64,000 nt of DNA from Candidatus Hydrogenedentota bacterium (lineage in GTDB: Bacteria; Hydrogenedentota; Hydrogenedentia; Hydrogenedentales; SLHB01): positions 192,001 through 256,000 of the forward strand of contig CAVUWV010000031.1 in NCBI GenBank assembly GCA_963745075.1, written 5' to 3'. The translations under genes were made by a program, and so were the position numbers. How positions within the stretch are numbered: the stretch's first letter is position 1; every line of letters starts with the position of its first letter. This document shows positions 50,542 to 61,876 of the stretch, piece by piece. Under the pieces are notes generated by a model. It searched no databases and had not been told where the DNA came from. It worked only from the letters and a program-made list of their open reading frames with translations.

Positions 50542-52138
50542 TGTAAGCAGTCCTCAGTACGGTGTAACCGACTGCAGTCAGCGCGCTGACAAGTACGATG
50601 ATGGCCGTCGTCAACAGGCTTAATGTCGCGACGTAGGCATCCGGACCATAATGCATCAGGGTGAACATGCGAATGGCAAGCGTGGTGTCCCCCGGAGGGC
50701 ACACGAGCACAGTCGAATCGAGTTCACCGACACACAACACAAAAGCGCATCCCCAACAGACTACCATGTACGGCAGTTGAAGTGGAAGTACAACGCTCAC
50801 AACGGTATGCCACCAGGATAGACCCGCAATATGTGCGGCTTCCTCGAGGCGGCGATCCAGCCGCTGATACCCCATAATCATCGCGGTATTCGCGAAGAAC
50901 AAGAACCGCGCAGATAGTGCCAGAACGACAATTGCCAGACTGTCGTACACCATGCCGGCCACGCCGGGGTGGTTCCAGAGTGCGATCAGGCTGAGCCCCA
51001 GGAGGGGTCCGGCGAGACCGAAGGGGAGCAGGGAAACCCCTTGGACGAGAAGACGGCTGCGGCGGGACCGCATCAGAATCGAGACGGAGGATGCCAGCGC
51101 TGTGAGGATGGTGGCGGAAACGGTTGCTACAAGAAGCGTCACGCCGAATTCCCCGCGTGTCGTGCGCCAGACTTCGGCGTAGGTGCTCAACGGAAGCGAC
51201 CGAAGGGCGAGCACGGTTACCGGCAACGCGACGCACAGGGCGACCAACAGCCAGCAGTAGGCCGATGCCGCGAAACGTAACGTCGCGTTTCGAGGCAACC
51301 GCGTGTTTCGTTGGCGACCGCTCAGCCACGCCGTGCGGCGACGCAAGAACAGGCTCCAGATTCCAAGCGCAGCCAGACACAAGGCGACCAGCGGCACCGA
51401 TTGCATCGCGGCGGCGGCGTAGTCGAGTGTTGCGCAGCTCGCGTAGATCTCGACGGGATAGGTGTTCACCTGGAACAAAGACGGCACGGCGTAGTTCAAT
51501 AGTGCGAGCACGAATACGAAGAGCACGCCCGTACAAAACGCCGGCGCAATCAGCGGAAGCACGATACTGATGAAGACCTGCCTGCCTTGCCCCGACAACG
51601 TCCCGGCTTCCTCGAGACGGCTGTCGAATCGGTGAAAGGCAGCCAGTACGAAGAACGTCACAATCGGGAAGTATGCGAGCGTCAATACAACGCATACGCC
51701 GAAGATGTTGTAGGGACCCGGCCAGCCGACCGCTCCGCCGCTGAGACGCTGTACCGCGTGCGCGACCGGGCCGTTCAAGCCCAGGATATCGATCCAGGCA
51801 ATGGCGAGCACGTAGGGGGGTGTCACGACCGGAAAAGCCAGTAGGCCGCACAGCGTCCGCGTGGCCGGTACACGCACGTATCCCAGGGCGCATCCTGCCG
51901 GCCCGCCCAGGAGCGCCGCTCCCACGGACGCGCCGACCGCCAGCAGGAAGCTCTTCCACAACAGACCCCAAGACCGAAAATCACCGGGCGCGGAACTCCA
52001 TGCCGCGAAGTCTTCCTGCCCGAGGTCGCGGACCAGATAGCAGGCAAATGCCAGAATGGGCAAGACGGCAATGACAAAGACGCACACCCACAACCCAGCG
52101 GTGGCCCATGTACGCGAGGCGGGGAAACGCACCGGCAT
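50528..52138 (-). CDS. Fe3+-type ABC transporter permease (FbpB-like, two EAA loops)
   Basis: DSRLEEAG and DRRLEEAA loops, PPYVLA, about 12 TM segments; start uncertain. Confidence 0.9.
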   Translation of the reverse strand: MPVRFPASRTWATAGLWVCVFVIAVLPILAFACYLVRDLGQEDFAAWSSAPGDFRSWGLLWKSFLLAVGASVGAALLGGPAGCALGYVRVPATRTLCGLLAFPVVTPPYVLAIAWIDILGLNGPVAHAVQRLSGGAVGWPGPYNIFGVCVVLTLAYFPIVTFFVLAAFHRFDSRLEEAGTLSGQGRQVFISIVLPLIAPAFCTGVLFVFVLALLNYAVPSLFQVNTYPVEIYASCATLDYAAAAMQSVPLVALCLAALGIWSLFLRRRTAWLSGRQRNTRLPRNATLRFAASAYCWLLVALCVALPVTVLALRSLPLSTYAEVWRTTRGEFGVTLLVATVSATILTALASSVSILMRSRRSRLLVQGVSLLPFGLAGPLLGLSLIALWNHPGVAGMVYDSLAIVVLALSARFLFFANTAMIMGYQRLDRRLEEAAHIAGLSWWHTVVSVVLPLQLPYMVVCWGCAFVLCVGELDSTVLVCPPGDTTLAIRMFTLMHYGPDAYVATLSLLTTAIIVLVSALTAVGYTVLRTAYNVRD

Positions 52139-52184
52139 CAGCCGCAACCGGGCTGCCCAAGTGGGGAACTGACCTCAAGACTCG

Positions 52185-53232
52185 TCATCGCAGGAATTCC
52201 TCCTTCAAGAACGCTGCCGAGGATGGCATGGCTCGGGCAATCGCGGCGAACGAAACGTCGAGCGTCTTGATCGTATCCAGCTTGGGCACGGTTGCGGGCG
52301 CGCTTACCGACGGGTTCAGGGGTATTTGAATGGACCGCATACGCGACAACGCGGCCTCCACGTCCGGGCTCAGCAGGTAGTCGATGAGTTTCCGGGCGGC
52401 TTCCGGGTGCGGTGCGCCCTTCACGAGCGCGACGGTATTGGGGACGATCAGGGTCCCCATCTCCCCCGCTCCCTGGTCGGGGAAAATCCACTTGGCCGGC
52501 CGGCCGTCCTCGACCGCGCCGTTGGCGTCGTCCGTGTCGGTCAATCCCCATGCGTATTCGCCGGACGCGACCAGGTCACGCACGTTCGCATTGCCGGAGA
52601 GGATTGCGATGTCATTCTTCCGGACACCTTGGAAGAACTCTTTGGCCCGGTCTTCGCCCCACAACGCGAACAAGGCCGCTGCGTGGGTCGCGGTCGTGCC
52701 GAAGAGAGGATTTGCGATGGCAGCGCGCCTCTCCCACCGTTCATCGAGCAAGTCCATGACGGAAGACGGCGGTTCGTTGACGAGATCGGTGTTGTAGATG
52801 ATCACCCGGCCCCGCGCGGCGAATCCGGTCCAATAGCCGTCGGGATCTTTGAACGCCGCAGGGATGGGGTCTGCGGACGGCGACCGGTAGGGTTCGAGCA
52901 GGCCGCGTTCCTTGAGCACGATGGTTTGGGCGACTTCGTTATTCCAGAACACGTCCGCCCGGGGCCGGTCGCGTTCGGCAATGAGCCGGCTCACGAGACC
53001 GGTGGTCTTCGAGGCTTCCGTGTCGTATACGGTCAGACACGTCAATCCCGGTTCGCGCCGTGAATGTGTCGAAGATGGGCTGGGAGTACATTTCATCGAG
53101 GGCCGTGTAGACCACGACGGAGTTTGAGTCGTTTCCACATCCCTGCGTCAGAATGGCGAAACCGATGCACAGCGCAGCCAGTACCGAGATGGCGATCCAA
53201 CGGTCGTAAACAAGACACTTCCTCAGCGGCAT
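52185..53232 (-). CDS. Fe3+-type ABC substrate-binding lipoprotein; apparent +1 frameshift near 53037
   Basis: ORF 52939..53232 (lipobox TQGC, VVVYTALD...TGIDV) continues in ORF 52185..53138 (LTVYDTEASKT...RLIAE..PRADVFW...TDTDD). Confidence 0.88.
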
Positions 53233-53250
53233 TGGGGAACTCCGTGACGG

Positions 53251-54993
53251 TTATCGATCGTGCATGCGGTTCACGCGAAAGGCGCGCGTACATATGAGCA
53301 ATAGAGCGATGCCAAATGCAAGGTGAAACAGCACATTGACAACCCAGTAGTTCGTAATCAAGTCCGGACCCAGGAGCGAATTTGCGCGCTCGGGAAAACC
53401 GATTGCGTACAGGTGATACACGCACCCCGCCATGGGGGAGCAAAAGGCCACCGCCGCGTAGTAGGCATCGGTGTAGTGCTGATTCCAGGTCATGTCGGCG
53501 AGCCATGCCAGCCAGAAGAAGCCAAACATGACCATCCATCCAAGGGCATAACTGAGCAGGATGGCAGCGGGTGTACGTCGCGTAAGCATGGATGCGAACA
53601 GGCTCAACCCTACGATGAGAATCGCACTGACGATTAACGACACGTCGACGACTATTACGAGTTTCCAGGGCCAAATTCTGCTTTCCGTCAAGACGACGAC
53701 GAGAATACCGCCCAGAACGGTGGCCGCGAGAAATGGTACCGCCGCCCGAAAACCACTCCGGGCTTTGCCGAAGATAATCTGGGACGGACGTAGCAGGGTC
53801 ATGCGAAGCGCATCAACATTCTCGCGCTCGTATTCCTTCGTCAGTGTGTTCGCCAAGAGCGCGGGAGTCACGAGCGCGACGACAGCCATGCTCATTATCA
53901 TCCAGTAGAACGACAATATGGCGTCACGTTCCGAGACGTGCTCAGAGATCAGAATCAACCAGAGCGGCACCATCATTGCCGTTTCTAAGCCCGCAACGCC
54001 CAGGAAAGCGAATAGCCAGAGTTTGCGCCGCGCGTGCCAACCCCAAAGGCGCTCTTTGGCAAACATGGGATTAACATAGTCAGGAATCGGACCACGCAAG
54101 GGCCGATGTTTCACCGGCAACCGGAAAAGACTTCGGACTCCGTCGCGGACACGGGAGTAACGTGGTTCGCCGGGCAAGCGACTTTCCCGGGGGCGGCGGA
54201 CCGCGAGCCATGCTACGAATAGCGCGAACAGGCCGTATGCCGTCTGCACCAACAGAAACATGATATACCCGACAACCGAGAATTCGCCGTCGAGCGTATA
54301 AACAAGTGAGACGGGAGAGGCGAGCACCGGCGCAACCGTCTCCAACGCATCCTCGAGTCCATACATATTGAACACTTCCGCCAAGAATACGATGGGGATC
54401 ATGTAAATCCCCAGCAGGGCGACGACGCACAGATAACTCACAAGTACCGCCGCCACTGTGCTGCGTAATCGCGCGGAGCACATCACGCCGACGGCCGCAG
54501 CCCAAAACGCCGTGAGAGCGATGATCGGGCACAAGGTTAGCAGCAGCAGCCAATCAACGCCCACGAGAAAAAACGCCGTGGCGAGGAGTGGAAGAACGGC
54601 GATAGCGAGAAGCGCAAACATGCCGAGCGTATTAAAGAGTTTCCCCATCACCACACCCGCGGGACGTATCAGACTGAGCGTAAGCAGGTCGTAGGTGTGC
54701 TGTTCCCGCTCGACGACGAGGCTGGTCGCGCCGTATGCGGGCATGAGCAGCAGTCCGGCGATGTAGAGCGTAATGGCCAATCCGCCCACGATACTTTCCG
54801 AACTCCACGCCACCGTATACGGCATGGCGTTTTCTCCCGGCCATTGTTCGATCAGCACCCAGCTCGCAATCACCACCAAGGTTGCAATGAGGAAGATCGC
54901 GCGTATTTTGCGCAACGTCCGCAGCAATTCCCGTTGGACCAGCGCAAGAAACGGGGGCATCACGGAAGTTTTCGGCCGGGGAGTGTCAGACAT
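53251..54993 (-). CDS. Double-length ABC-2-type permease, paralog 3 (intact)
   Basis: ALVQRELLR; two copies of E.E..T.D.L..(S/T)L..P..(V/I)..GK; NPMFAKE linker. Confidence 0.85.
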   Translation of the reverse strand: MSDTPRPKTSVMPPFLALVQRELLRTLRKIRAIFLIATLVVIASWVLIEQWPGENAMPYTVAWSSESIVGGLAITLYIAGLLLMPAYGATSLVVEREQHTYDLLTLSLIRPAGVVMGKLFNTLGMFALLAIAVLPLLATAFFLVGVDWLLLLTLCPIIALTAFWAAAVGVMCSARLRSTVAAVLVSYLCVVALLGIYMIPIVFLAEVFNMYGLEDALETVAPVLASPVSLVYTLDGEFSVVGYIMFLLVQTAYGLFALFVAWLAVRRPRESRLPGEPRYSRVRDGVRSLFRLPVKHRPLRGPIPDYVNPMFAKERLWGWHARRKLWLFAFLGVAGLETAMMVPLWLILISEHVSERDAILSFYWMIMSMAVVALVTPALLANTLTKEYERENVDALRMTLLRPSQIIFGKARSGFRAAVPFLAATVLGGILVVVLTESRIWPWKLVIVVDVSLIVSAILIVGLSLFASMLTRRTPAAILLSYALGWMVMFGFFWLAWLADMTWNQHYTDAYYAAVAFCSPMAGCVYHLYAIGFPERANSLLGPDLITNYWVVNVLFHLAFGIALLLICTRAFRVNRMHDR

Positions 54994-56756
54994 CGCGCGT
55001 CACCATGCGTGCGATTCGGCGTTCCGCCAGGTAGTAGATCATACCGATACCGGCGAGATGGAGCATGGAACACAGGAACCACACCAGGAGATAGACTTCG
55101 GGCTCCGAATTGTGGGTGAACTCGCGCAAGTTCGCGGCGTAGCTTGTGATGGGGTTCAAGAGCAGCATTTCATAGCCATATATATTGGGAAATTGCAGGC
55201 GACGCGTCCACTCACGGGCCATTGCATGCAGAAAGAGCGGGCTCAGCGTAACAAGCGCGACCAGACCGTAAGCACTGACCAGCGCCATCCCCGCGCTTTT
55301 GGCACGGACGGAAACCCAAACGCCGATTGTCGTGCACAGGAGCACCATGATTGCAACCGATATCACGCCCGTGAGCAGGAGAATAGCCGTATCCAAATTC
55401 GTGAAGATCTGACCGCTCAAGATAACGAGCGCTATGGCCCCAATGAGCAAAGGCCGTCCGGAAAAGCGTATGGCGGCGGTGGCTTTCCCCCGCAGGATGG
55501 TTGACGGTCTGAGCCCGGACATGAGTAAACCATCCAGAGTGTCAGCATCGACTTCCGCGGTAATCGACACTGCGGCGACACCCGTTGCGATCAGGCTTCC
55601 CGCGATCATCCAGATAGTCGCCAACGCCACAATGATGACCTGCGCGTCGTCCCCTCCAATTCCGCCCGCCGAGTTTGACGGGGCCAGGGACCCGAGTGTG
55701 AGAAAAAAAATAAAAAGGAGCACGGTCGCTGCCAAACCAATAATCGCCAGCCCCCGGTCACCGCCGATGACCGAACCCCAACGGAGTTCGCGGACGCAAA
55801 CGGGATTGGCACTGTCATTGATGGGTTCCCGCGTAAGGCGGGCGGATAGCGCCGCCGCTTCTGTTCTCCTTCGACGCCGGAAGCTCATCCAGTTCGACCG
55901 GCTGCGGCGGCTCGTCCGGTTTGCGTAGGCGTCGCGTGGCGATGCGGACCGCGATGCCCCAGACGAGTCCCTGTCCGATGACCGTGGCGAGGATGCCCCA
56001 GCCGGGCACGTTTTGGGCCAATATCATGGCAAGGGCCGCAACCGGCGAAGTCATCATGACGCCAATCGCAACCGGCTCCAACCAACTCGAGGGGCCAATA
56101 TTCAGGTCCATGGCCATGGGTACGAAGATGACGGCGAGCACAATCAGATAGCCGCCGATGACAACAAACGTGGTGAAGTACCCGAGAATCACCGCGGCGA
56201 CGGGACCCCGGCAATGCGCCGAGGCGAGCACGCCGACGATCGCGCAGGTCAGCGCTGCGATGAGGATGACGATCCCGGATTGAATGATGGTCTGCCAGTC
56301 GACGCCCACGAGGAAGAAGGAAACGCCCAGGAAGGGCAGCACGGCGACGACCAGCAGGCAGAAGTACCCGAGCGTACTGATGACCTTCGCAAAGACGATA
56401 CCTGAGGGACGGATCAGCGAAAGGGTCAGGAGGTCGTAGGTATTGCGGGCGCGCTCGGACTGGATCGAGGCGGCGCCATAGGCCGGCAAGAGCACCAGGG
56501 CCGCGATAAAGAGCGCGACGACCAGCGAACTGACCATGCTTTCGTTGTACGAACCCATTACGAACGGCGTCGCCCGAAGCGGTGGGTAATTCGCCGCCAC
56601 GAGTAGGCCGGCGATGCACGCGAGCAACAACAAGAACACGAAGGGACGCGTGCGCCGGAGCATGCGGACGAATTCCCGGCGCACGAGGGTCAGGAAGGGA
56701 GCGGCCGCGACGGCGCGTTCGAGCAATGGCCTTGTATGTGTCCGATCCTCGCTCAT
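54986..56756 (-). CDS. Double-length ABC-2-type permease, paralog 2; apparent +1 frameshift near 55889
   Basis: MSEDRTH...LVRREFVRMLRR...ERARNTYDLLTLSLIRPSG in the 55815..57200 frame continues in 54986..55888 (NPVCVRELRWG...EVDADTLDGLLMS). Confidence 0.75.
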
Positions 56757-58410
56757 TGGTCCTGCATCCGCCGGTATCGGAACAGGTAGATCTGCGTAAG
56801 CCAGTATCGCAAACGCCAGCGTTGTGTGAAAAAACAGACTCTGGCGCCAGATATGATAGTCGGGGTGCGAGTCGGACAGATTCGCCCGGAATCCAAAAAT
56901 GAGCGAATACCGGAGGGGTACTTCGGTGTGGACAAACTCGGACATGACGACCGGTCCGACAAAGAGCAAAAAACACGCTGCCAAACCGGCAACGAGGGCG
57001 ACGTTTGTCTTTCTCGCCATGAGTGAGATAGCCATTCCCATCGTGGTGCAAAGAAAAACGCACACGCACAGCGTCATCAATGCGGAACCGATGACCGGCC
57101 AGGCGCGCGGGTGCCAGTATAGAATCGGAAGGCTGGCCAGGAACACAGCCAGCATGGCGGGGCCGAGGGAAAGCATTCCGGCCAGACTCTTGCCGCGCAC
57201 CGACCGATCCTGCGTTCAGGAGGGTCATGCGCAGCATGTCGATATTGCCCAGTTCGTATTCTCGCGCAAAGGAGTTCGATACTAAGACGGTCGCGATGAC
57301 CGCGACGATCCCCATCAACACCGCATACCAGCCGGCTGCTGCTTCATTGACGTCCTGAATGCGAGCCGTAACGACCATCATGGCGCCGAAGCCCGCAAGC
57401 GCAAAGACACAATAGAAGATGCGGACCAGGACACTGCCTCGATTGAACAAGCCCCAGCGCATCTCGCGAACGAACATGGGGTTTCGACCGTCATCGATGA
57501 GCGGCTTTCGACGCAGCGGATCGATGAGATAGTAGGGAAACTGCGTGCGCCGCGCTCTCAATACGCGCGGGTCGTCAATCGAATGTTCGGTTGATATCGC
57601 CCGGGGTTCGGTCTGCCGGCGAAGGAGTTTCACGGCGACGAGGAAGCAGAGGATGCAAAAGGCGCCTTGCGCGACAATGGCGAACGGTAGGTATAGCAAA
57701 GCGCCACGTTGAATCGCCGCAAGCGTCTCCAAGGTGCAAACGAAGACGACCAGCTCGGCACCAAGAAAGGATTCCGGGAAATGGACAAGTAATAGAAACT
57801 GCCCGTCACGAGAGCACGGAGAAATCGCAAGATGTACGTTGGCCCGCCCACCATGAGGAGGACCGTGACGACGTAAGAAGCGGTCACGGCAAGAAATGTC
57901 CGCCGAAAGATCGTCGAACACACGATCCCGATCATTGCGCACGTCAAGGCAGTCACCGTGAGGAAGCCGAATATGAAGACCAATTGCTGCCAATCGGTAC
58001 CGACGCCGAACATGACGGTGGCAAAGATCGGGAGCGTCGCAAGCATGAGCAGCAGGTAAATGCCGGCCGTATTCAGGGCTTTGGCCGCGATGACACCGCT
58101 TGGACGCACGAGGGTCAGGTACAATTGATCGAGGGTATCCTGTTCGCGTTCACTTACGATCGCGGCCGCTGCCAACCCGGGCACGCAGAGGATGCAGCCG
58201 AGAAACAGCAGGTACGTCAGACGAGGCGACCAAGGTCTGCGTTACTTCCGCGACCGCGGACGTTGGGAGGTTGTGCGTAGGCCACGACAGAAGCAGTGCA
58301 ATCGCTTCCACGCCGAACAGTCCGATCACGAGCATCACGGTTCGGACGCGGCGAAGGCTGGTGATCAGCTCCCGCTTGACGATGATGATCGCTGGCAGCA
58401 GCCGAATCAC
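56753..58410 (-). CDS. Double-length ABC-2-type permease, paralog 1; broken by about four apparent frameshifts (near 58222, 57775, 57201, 56800)
   Basis: Pieces collinear with paralog 3: IVKRELITSLRR / EREQDTLDQLYLTLVRPSG / NPMFVREMRWG...EYELGNIDMLRMTLL / RGK... / YRRMQDQ* (compare NRMHDR*). Confidence 0.7.
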
Positions 58411-58412
58411 GC

Positions 58413-59342
58413 TTACAGGCCCCCTTTGGTAACATGGAGAAACACGTCCTCCAGATCGCCTTCGTCCTGGGCGAAACTGACGACTTTGACGCCGGCCTGA
58501 ACGAGTTTCGTATTCAGTTCGGCAAACTGGAACCGGTCGAGCTTGGCGTCCATGCGGAATTCGTTTCCGGATCGTTCGAGGTTGGTTACACCCGGCGTCA
58601 TCCGGAGCACTTCCTCCGCCCGGTCTCCGCCGTCCACGACTTCGAGCAAGACTTCAAGCTCCTGACGCAGGCTATGGAGTATGTCGCGATAGTTGCCGGA
58701 CGCCAGGAGCTTGCCATGTTCGAGAATTCCGATCTTGTTGCACATGTCGCCCAACTCCGAGAGGATATGGGAAGAGATGAGGATGGTTTTCCCCATGTCG
58801 CGCAAGGTCTTCAACAGTTCGCGCATTTCGATGCGGGCGCGGGGGTCAAGGCCGCTGGCGGGTTCATCGAGCAGCAGCACTTTCGGATCGTGCAGGAGCG
58901 TTTTGGCGAGGCAGCAGCGCTGTTTCATGCCTCGCGAGAAGGCGCTGACGAAGTCGTCGGCTTTGCTGGTGAGGTCGGTCAGTTGCAGCACGTCGTCGAT
59001 GATGGCGCTCCGTTTCTTGCGCGGGATCTTGTACGCGGCACCGAAGAAATCCAGATATTCGCGCAGCCGCATGCCGTCGTACACGCCGAACGAATCGGGC
59101 ATGTAGCCCAGAATCTTCTTGATTTCGTAGGGCTGTTTGCTCACGTCGATGCCATCGACAAACGCGAGGCCGGAGGTGGGCGCAAGCAGTGTCGACAGGA
59201 TGCGTATGGTCGTCGTCTTTCCCGCGCCGTTGGGACCGATGAATCCGTAGATGTCGCCGGATTCGATAACGAGATTGAGTTCCGTCAACGCTTCGAATTT
59301 ATTGTATCGCTTCGTGAGATTCTTCGTTTCGACTATTGCCAT
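58413..59342 (-). CDS. ABC transporter ATP-binding protein (ABC-2/multidrug type)
   Basis: GPNGAGKTT, FSRGMKQR, LLLDEPASGLDP, SSHILSE. Confidence 0.95.
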   Translation of the reverse strand: MAIVETKNLTKRYNKFEALTELNLVIESGDIYGFIGPNGAGKTTTIRILSTLLAPTSGLAFVDGIDVSKQPYEIKKILGYMPDSFGVYDGMRLREYLDFFGAAYKIPRKKRSAIIDDVLQLTDLTSKADDFVSAFSRGMKQRCCLAKTLLHDPKVLLLDEPASGLDPRARIEMRELLKTLRDMGKTILISSHILSELGDMCNKIGILEHGKLLASGNYRDILHSLRQELEVLLEVVDGGDRAEEVLRMTPGVTNLERSGNEFRMDAKLDRFQFAELNTKLVQAGVKVVSFAQDEGDLEDVFLHVTKGGL

Positions 59343-61876
59343 GGGTGCCAGTCTCCAGTGGTCGAGGCTTGCCGGGGAACGGTCAAATACGCGAGGGGTA
59401 GAAAGCTGCCATACACTTGCTGGTTATTGTTTTCCGAAGACGTGAATCGAATGTTTGCCTTAAACCAATTGTTTTGGGGGTCGGCAAAGGTCTTCCAATT
59501 ACTGAAACGAAACGTTGCAACAGAAGCGGTGCCGTCCGGCGTGTCGACGCGCTGCCACTCCGATGCTTTCGCCTGCTGGAACCCGGGCGATCCCGGTGGG
59601 GTTTCGTTGCCGGACGCATCCACCGGCGCGAACTGGATCGTCGCCTTGGCGTCGGTGTAGATCCAGATCTCGAACTGAAGTTCCGTCGCATGGCTGTTCT
59701 GCCAGCCGTGAGGGAGTTGCGCCTCAACAGAATTGGATGCGGATGGCTGGAAGTCGATCATTCGTTGCCGTAACCCCATACGGTATGGAGCCGGCGATCC
59801 GCTCGGCATCTCATTCACAAGTATGTCTAAGGGGACTTGCGCGGGCAGCGTTGCCTGGGCCTGATTCAATTGAATGTCCGCCACGAGAAGGGAACGGACG
59901 ATTTGCCGTTGCATGGGTTCTTCCGTCCGTATGACGTCCGGCGTGGTCCCCACGATCCAGGCGCACAGAAACGGGCCGAGCCGTGGATCGACGGTGTCTT
60001 CGAAGCCCGGCCGGGCAATCAGATCCTGGAAGAACTGCCCCTGGAGCGTTTGCTGATCGATTTGCGAGTAGCCGTAGTAATAGTTGGGGCGGTTTGCGTC
60101 GAACAGAAAGTCTCGTTGTTCAAGCCGATCGACTGAAACGTTGACCTCCAGCGCATGACCGGTTTGGGGCAATGCGATTCTTCTGCCTTCGAGGATCAGA
60201 AACGGATCTTCAATCGCGTACCCGGTGTTGTTGGTCAGGGTGCCATGGATGCCGTCACGGTCCCAAACGAGGTCGCCATCGATGCCGCCTTCGGGTTCAA
60301 AGTCGGAGGCGACTTCAAAGACGCGCATGACACTGGCGCCGACGCGCAGGTTTTCGATACGAGGCGGCGTGTCGTAGGTGAAGGTGAACGCATCGGACTG
60401 ACTGAACAGGCCGCGACGCGCGCGCGTGAATGGCTGGAACGACTGGCTCCACGAATCGGACACCATCCCGTATTCGTGGGTAAGGTCCAGATCGTAGCGG
60501 GCGGTTCGGGCTGAAAGTAGACCGACGATGCTATGCTTTTCGCCGACACCGCCATCTTGGGGTACGTGGAGCACTTCGAGTTCGGCGATCTCGGTCGCTT
60601 TGGCGCGGCCGGCGGTTCCGTATATGAGGGCGTAGGCGGTGAACCCCAGGGAGAAAAAGACAAGACAAACCCACGCCATCTCGCGGCGCTTCATCCAGTT
60701 CCAAAACAGCCAGTTTCCGACGATCCCGATGAAGAAGTAGGCGAGGAGATAGATCAACACCGACGACCAGGGATAAACTCGAACACCCGTGGCGGACGGC
60801 AACGTCTGCGACGCCGTGTTCGCGGCTTTGGCATAGTTCAGACTGGCGCCGCCACCCTCCCGCGCCGCGAGATCGCTCCAAAGCCGGAGAAAGCCGGAAC
60901 ATTGTTGAAGGGCTTTGCCATGTGCGTCCACGGCGACCGTCACGACGTATCCGCTGCCGAGTGGGCGGCGTGTTGCGAGCACGCGATCGCGTCCCAAACG
61001 CTCCGTATCGGCTGAGCCTCGGGTGAGTTCGGTGATCAAAATATCGCGGCCCGCGCGTCCTCCGGTCCGGTCAACGTTGTCGAAAACCTCTGCGGCGAGA
61101 GTTTGTTCGTCGACGGTAAGCTGTGCACCCATACTTACGCCCGAGAGATCCTCGACCCAGGTACCCCGGAATCGGCTCGCGTTCTCTCCCGTGCAGATTA
61201 CAAGGACGCCGCCCTTGCGCACGTAACGCTCCATCAACTCTCGTTGGCGCAATCCGATTTGGCCGGGATCGATTTGGCCGAACACGATGAGGCTATAGGC
61301 ATCGTAGCATTGGGGGCGGTCGGGCAGTTGCGGCAGCTCCTCGGTACGGAGTTCGTGGCGGTGGAGCCCGGCCTCGCGATCCGCGCGCTGGACGGCTGTA
61401 TAGAGAAAGCCGTAGTCGGCGGGTTCGTCATCCAGAATCAGACCGATGCGATCGCGCTCGTCCAGAGGAAGCAATCGAACGGCTATCGGAAGGTCCAGGG
61501 CCGGGCGGCCTTTCTCGTAGACCATGGCACTAATGCGCTGCGCGTCCGTCAGGTTGCTGTAAACCCGAAACCGCTTTCGCGATCCTTTGGGCGACTCGAC
61601 CGGCACCCGGTAAATGGGACTTGTCGTACCGCTCGATCCCACGACGGTGACTTCCAGGTATCCGGAAATGTCCTCCTTGTTGTTATGGAGTACGACGTCA
61701 ATCGGCACCCAGTTCCCCGGCTTGTAGGCCGTGATGAAGGTTGTGGAAACGTCGGCGACGATGTCGCCTTCACGCACGACTTGCGGCTCCTGGGCGGAGA
61801 GCATCATCGCGATCCAGAATAGCGACCACCACACGCTCCATGCCGGCCGAACGCCCGTCCCGATGTATGCCTTCAA
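59333..61876 (-). CDS. Large membrane protein with N-terminal extracytoplasmic and GATase-like region and two central TM helices
   Basis: YKPGNWVPI, ELPQLPD..CYDAYSLIV...YVRKGGVLVI; TM pair around WMKRREMAW; usual member of vWA/ABC operons. Confidence 0.75.
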   Translation of the reverse strand: MKAYIGTGVRPAWSVWWSLFWIAMMLSAQEPQVVREGDIVADVSTTFITAYKPGNWVPIDVVLHNNKEDISGYLEVTVVGSSGTTSPIYRVPVESPKGSRKRFRVYSNLTDAQRISAMVYEKGRPALDLPIAVRLLPLDERDRIGLILDDEPADYGFLYTAVQRADREAGLHRHELRTEELPQLPDRPQCYDAYSLIVFGQIDPGQIGLRQRELMERYVRKGGVLVICTGENASRFRGTWVEDLSGVSMGAQLTVDEQTLAAEVFDNVDRTGGRAGRDILITELTRGSADTERLGRDRVLATRRPLGSGYVVTVAVDAHGKALQQCSGFLRLWSDLAAREGGGASLNYAKAANTASQTLPSATGVRVYPWSSVLIYLLAYFFIGIVGNWLFWNWMKRREMAWVCLVFFSLGFTAYALIYGTAGRAKATEIAELEVLHVPQDGGVGEKHSIVGLLSARTARYDLDLTHEYGMVSDSWSQSFQPFTRARRGLFSQSDAFTFTYDTPPRIENLRVGASVMRVFEVASDFEPEGGIDGDLVWDRDGIHGTLTNNTGYAIEDPFLILEGRRIALPQTGHALEVNVSVDRLEQRDFLFDANRPNYYYGYSQIDQQTLQGQFFQDLIARPGFEDTVDPRLGPFLCAWIVGTTPDVIRTEEPMQRQIVRSLLVADIQLNQAQATLPAQVPLDILVNEMPSGSPAPYRMGLRQRMIDFQPSASNSVEAQLPHGWQNSHATELQFEIWIYTDAKATIQFAPVDASGNETPPGSPGFQQAKASEWQRVDTPDGTASVATFRFSNWKTFADPQNNWFKANIRFTSSENNNQQVYGSFLPLAYLTVPRQASTTGDWHPWQ

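Noticed and set aside
55815..57993. 702-aa and 461-aa ORFs as single genes or a fusion
   Set aside because: They are chimeric products of frameshifts across two permease paralogs.
4913..59660. Long antisense ORFs (4913..6262, 10000..11472, 22640..24061, 27343..28608, 45259..46272, 58434..59660)
   Set aside because: Shadow frames of well-supported genes in GC-rich DNA, with no motifs.
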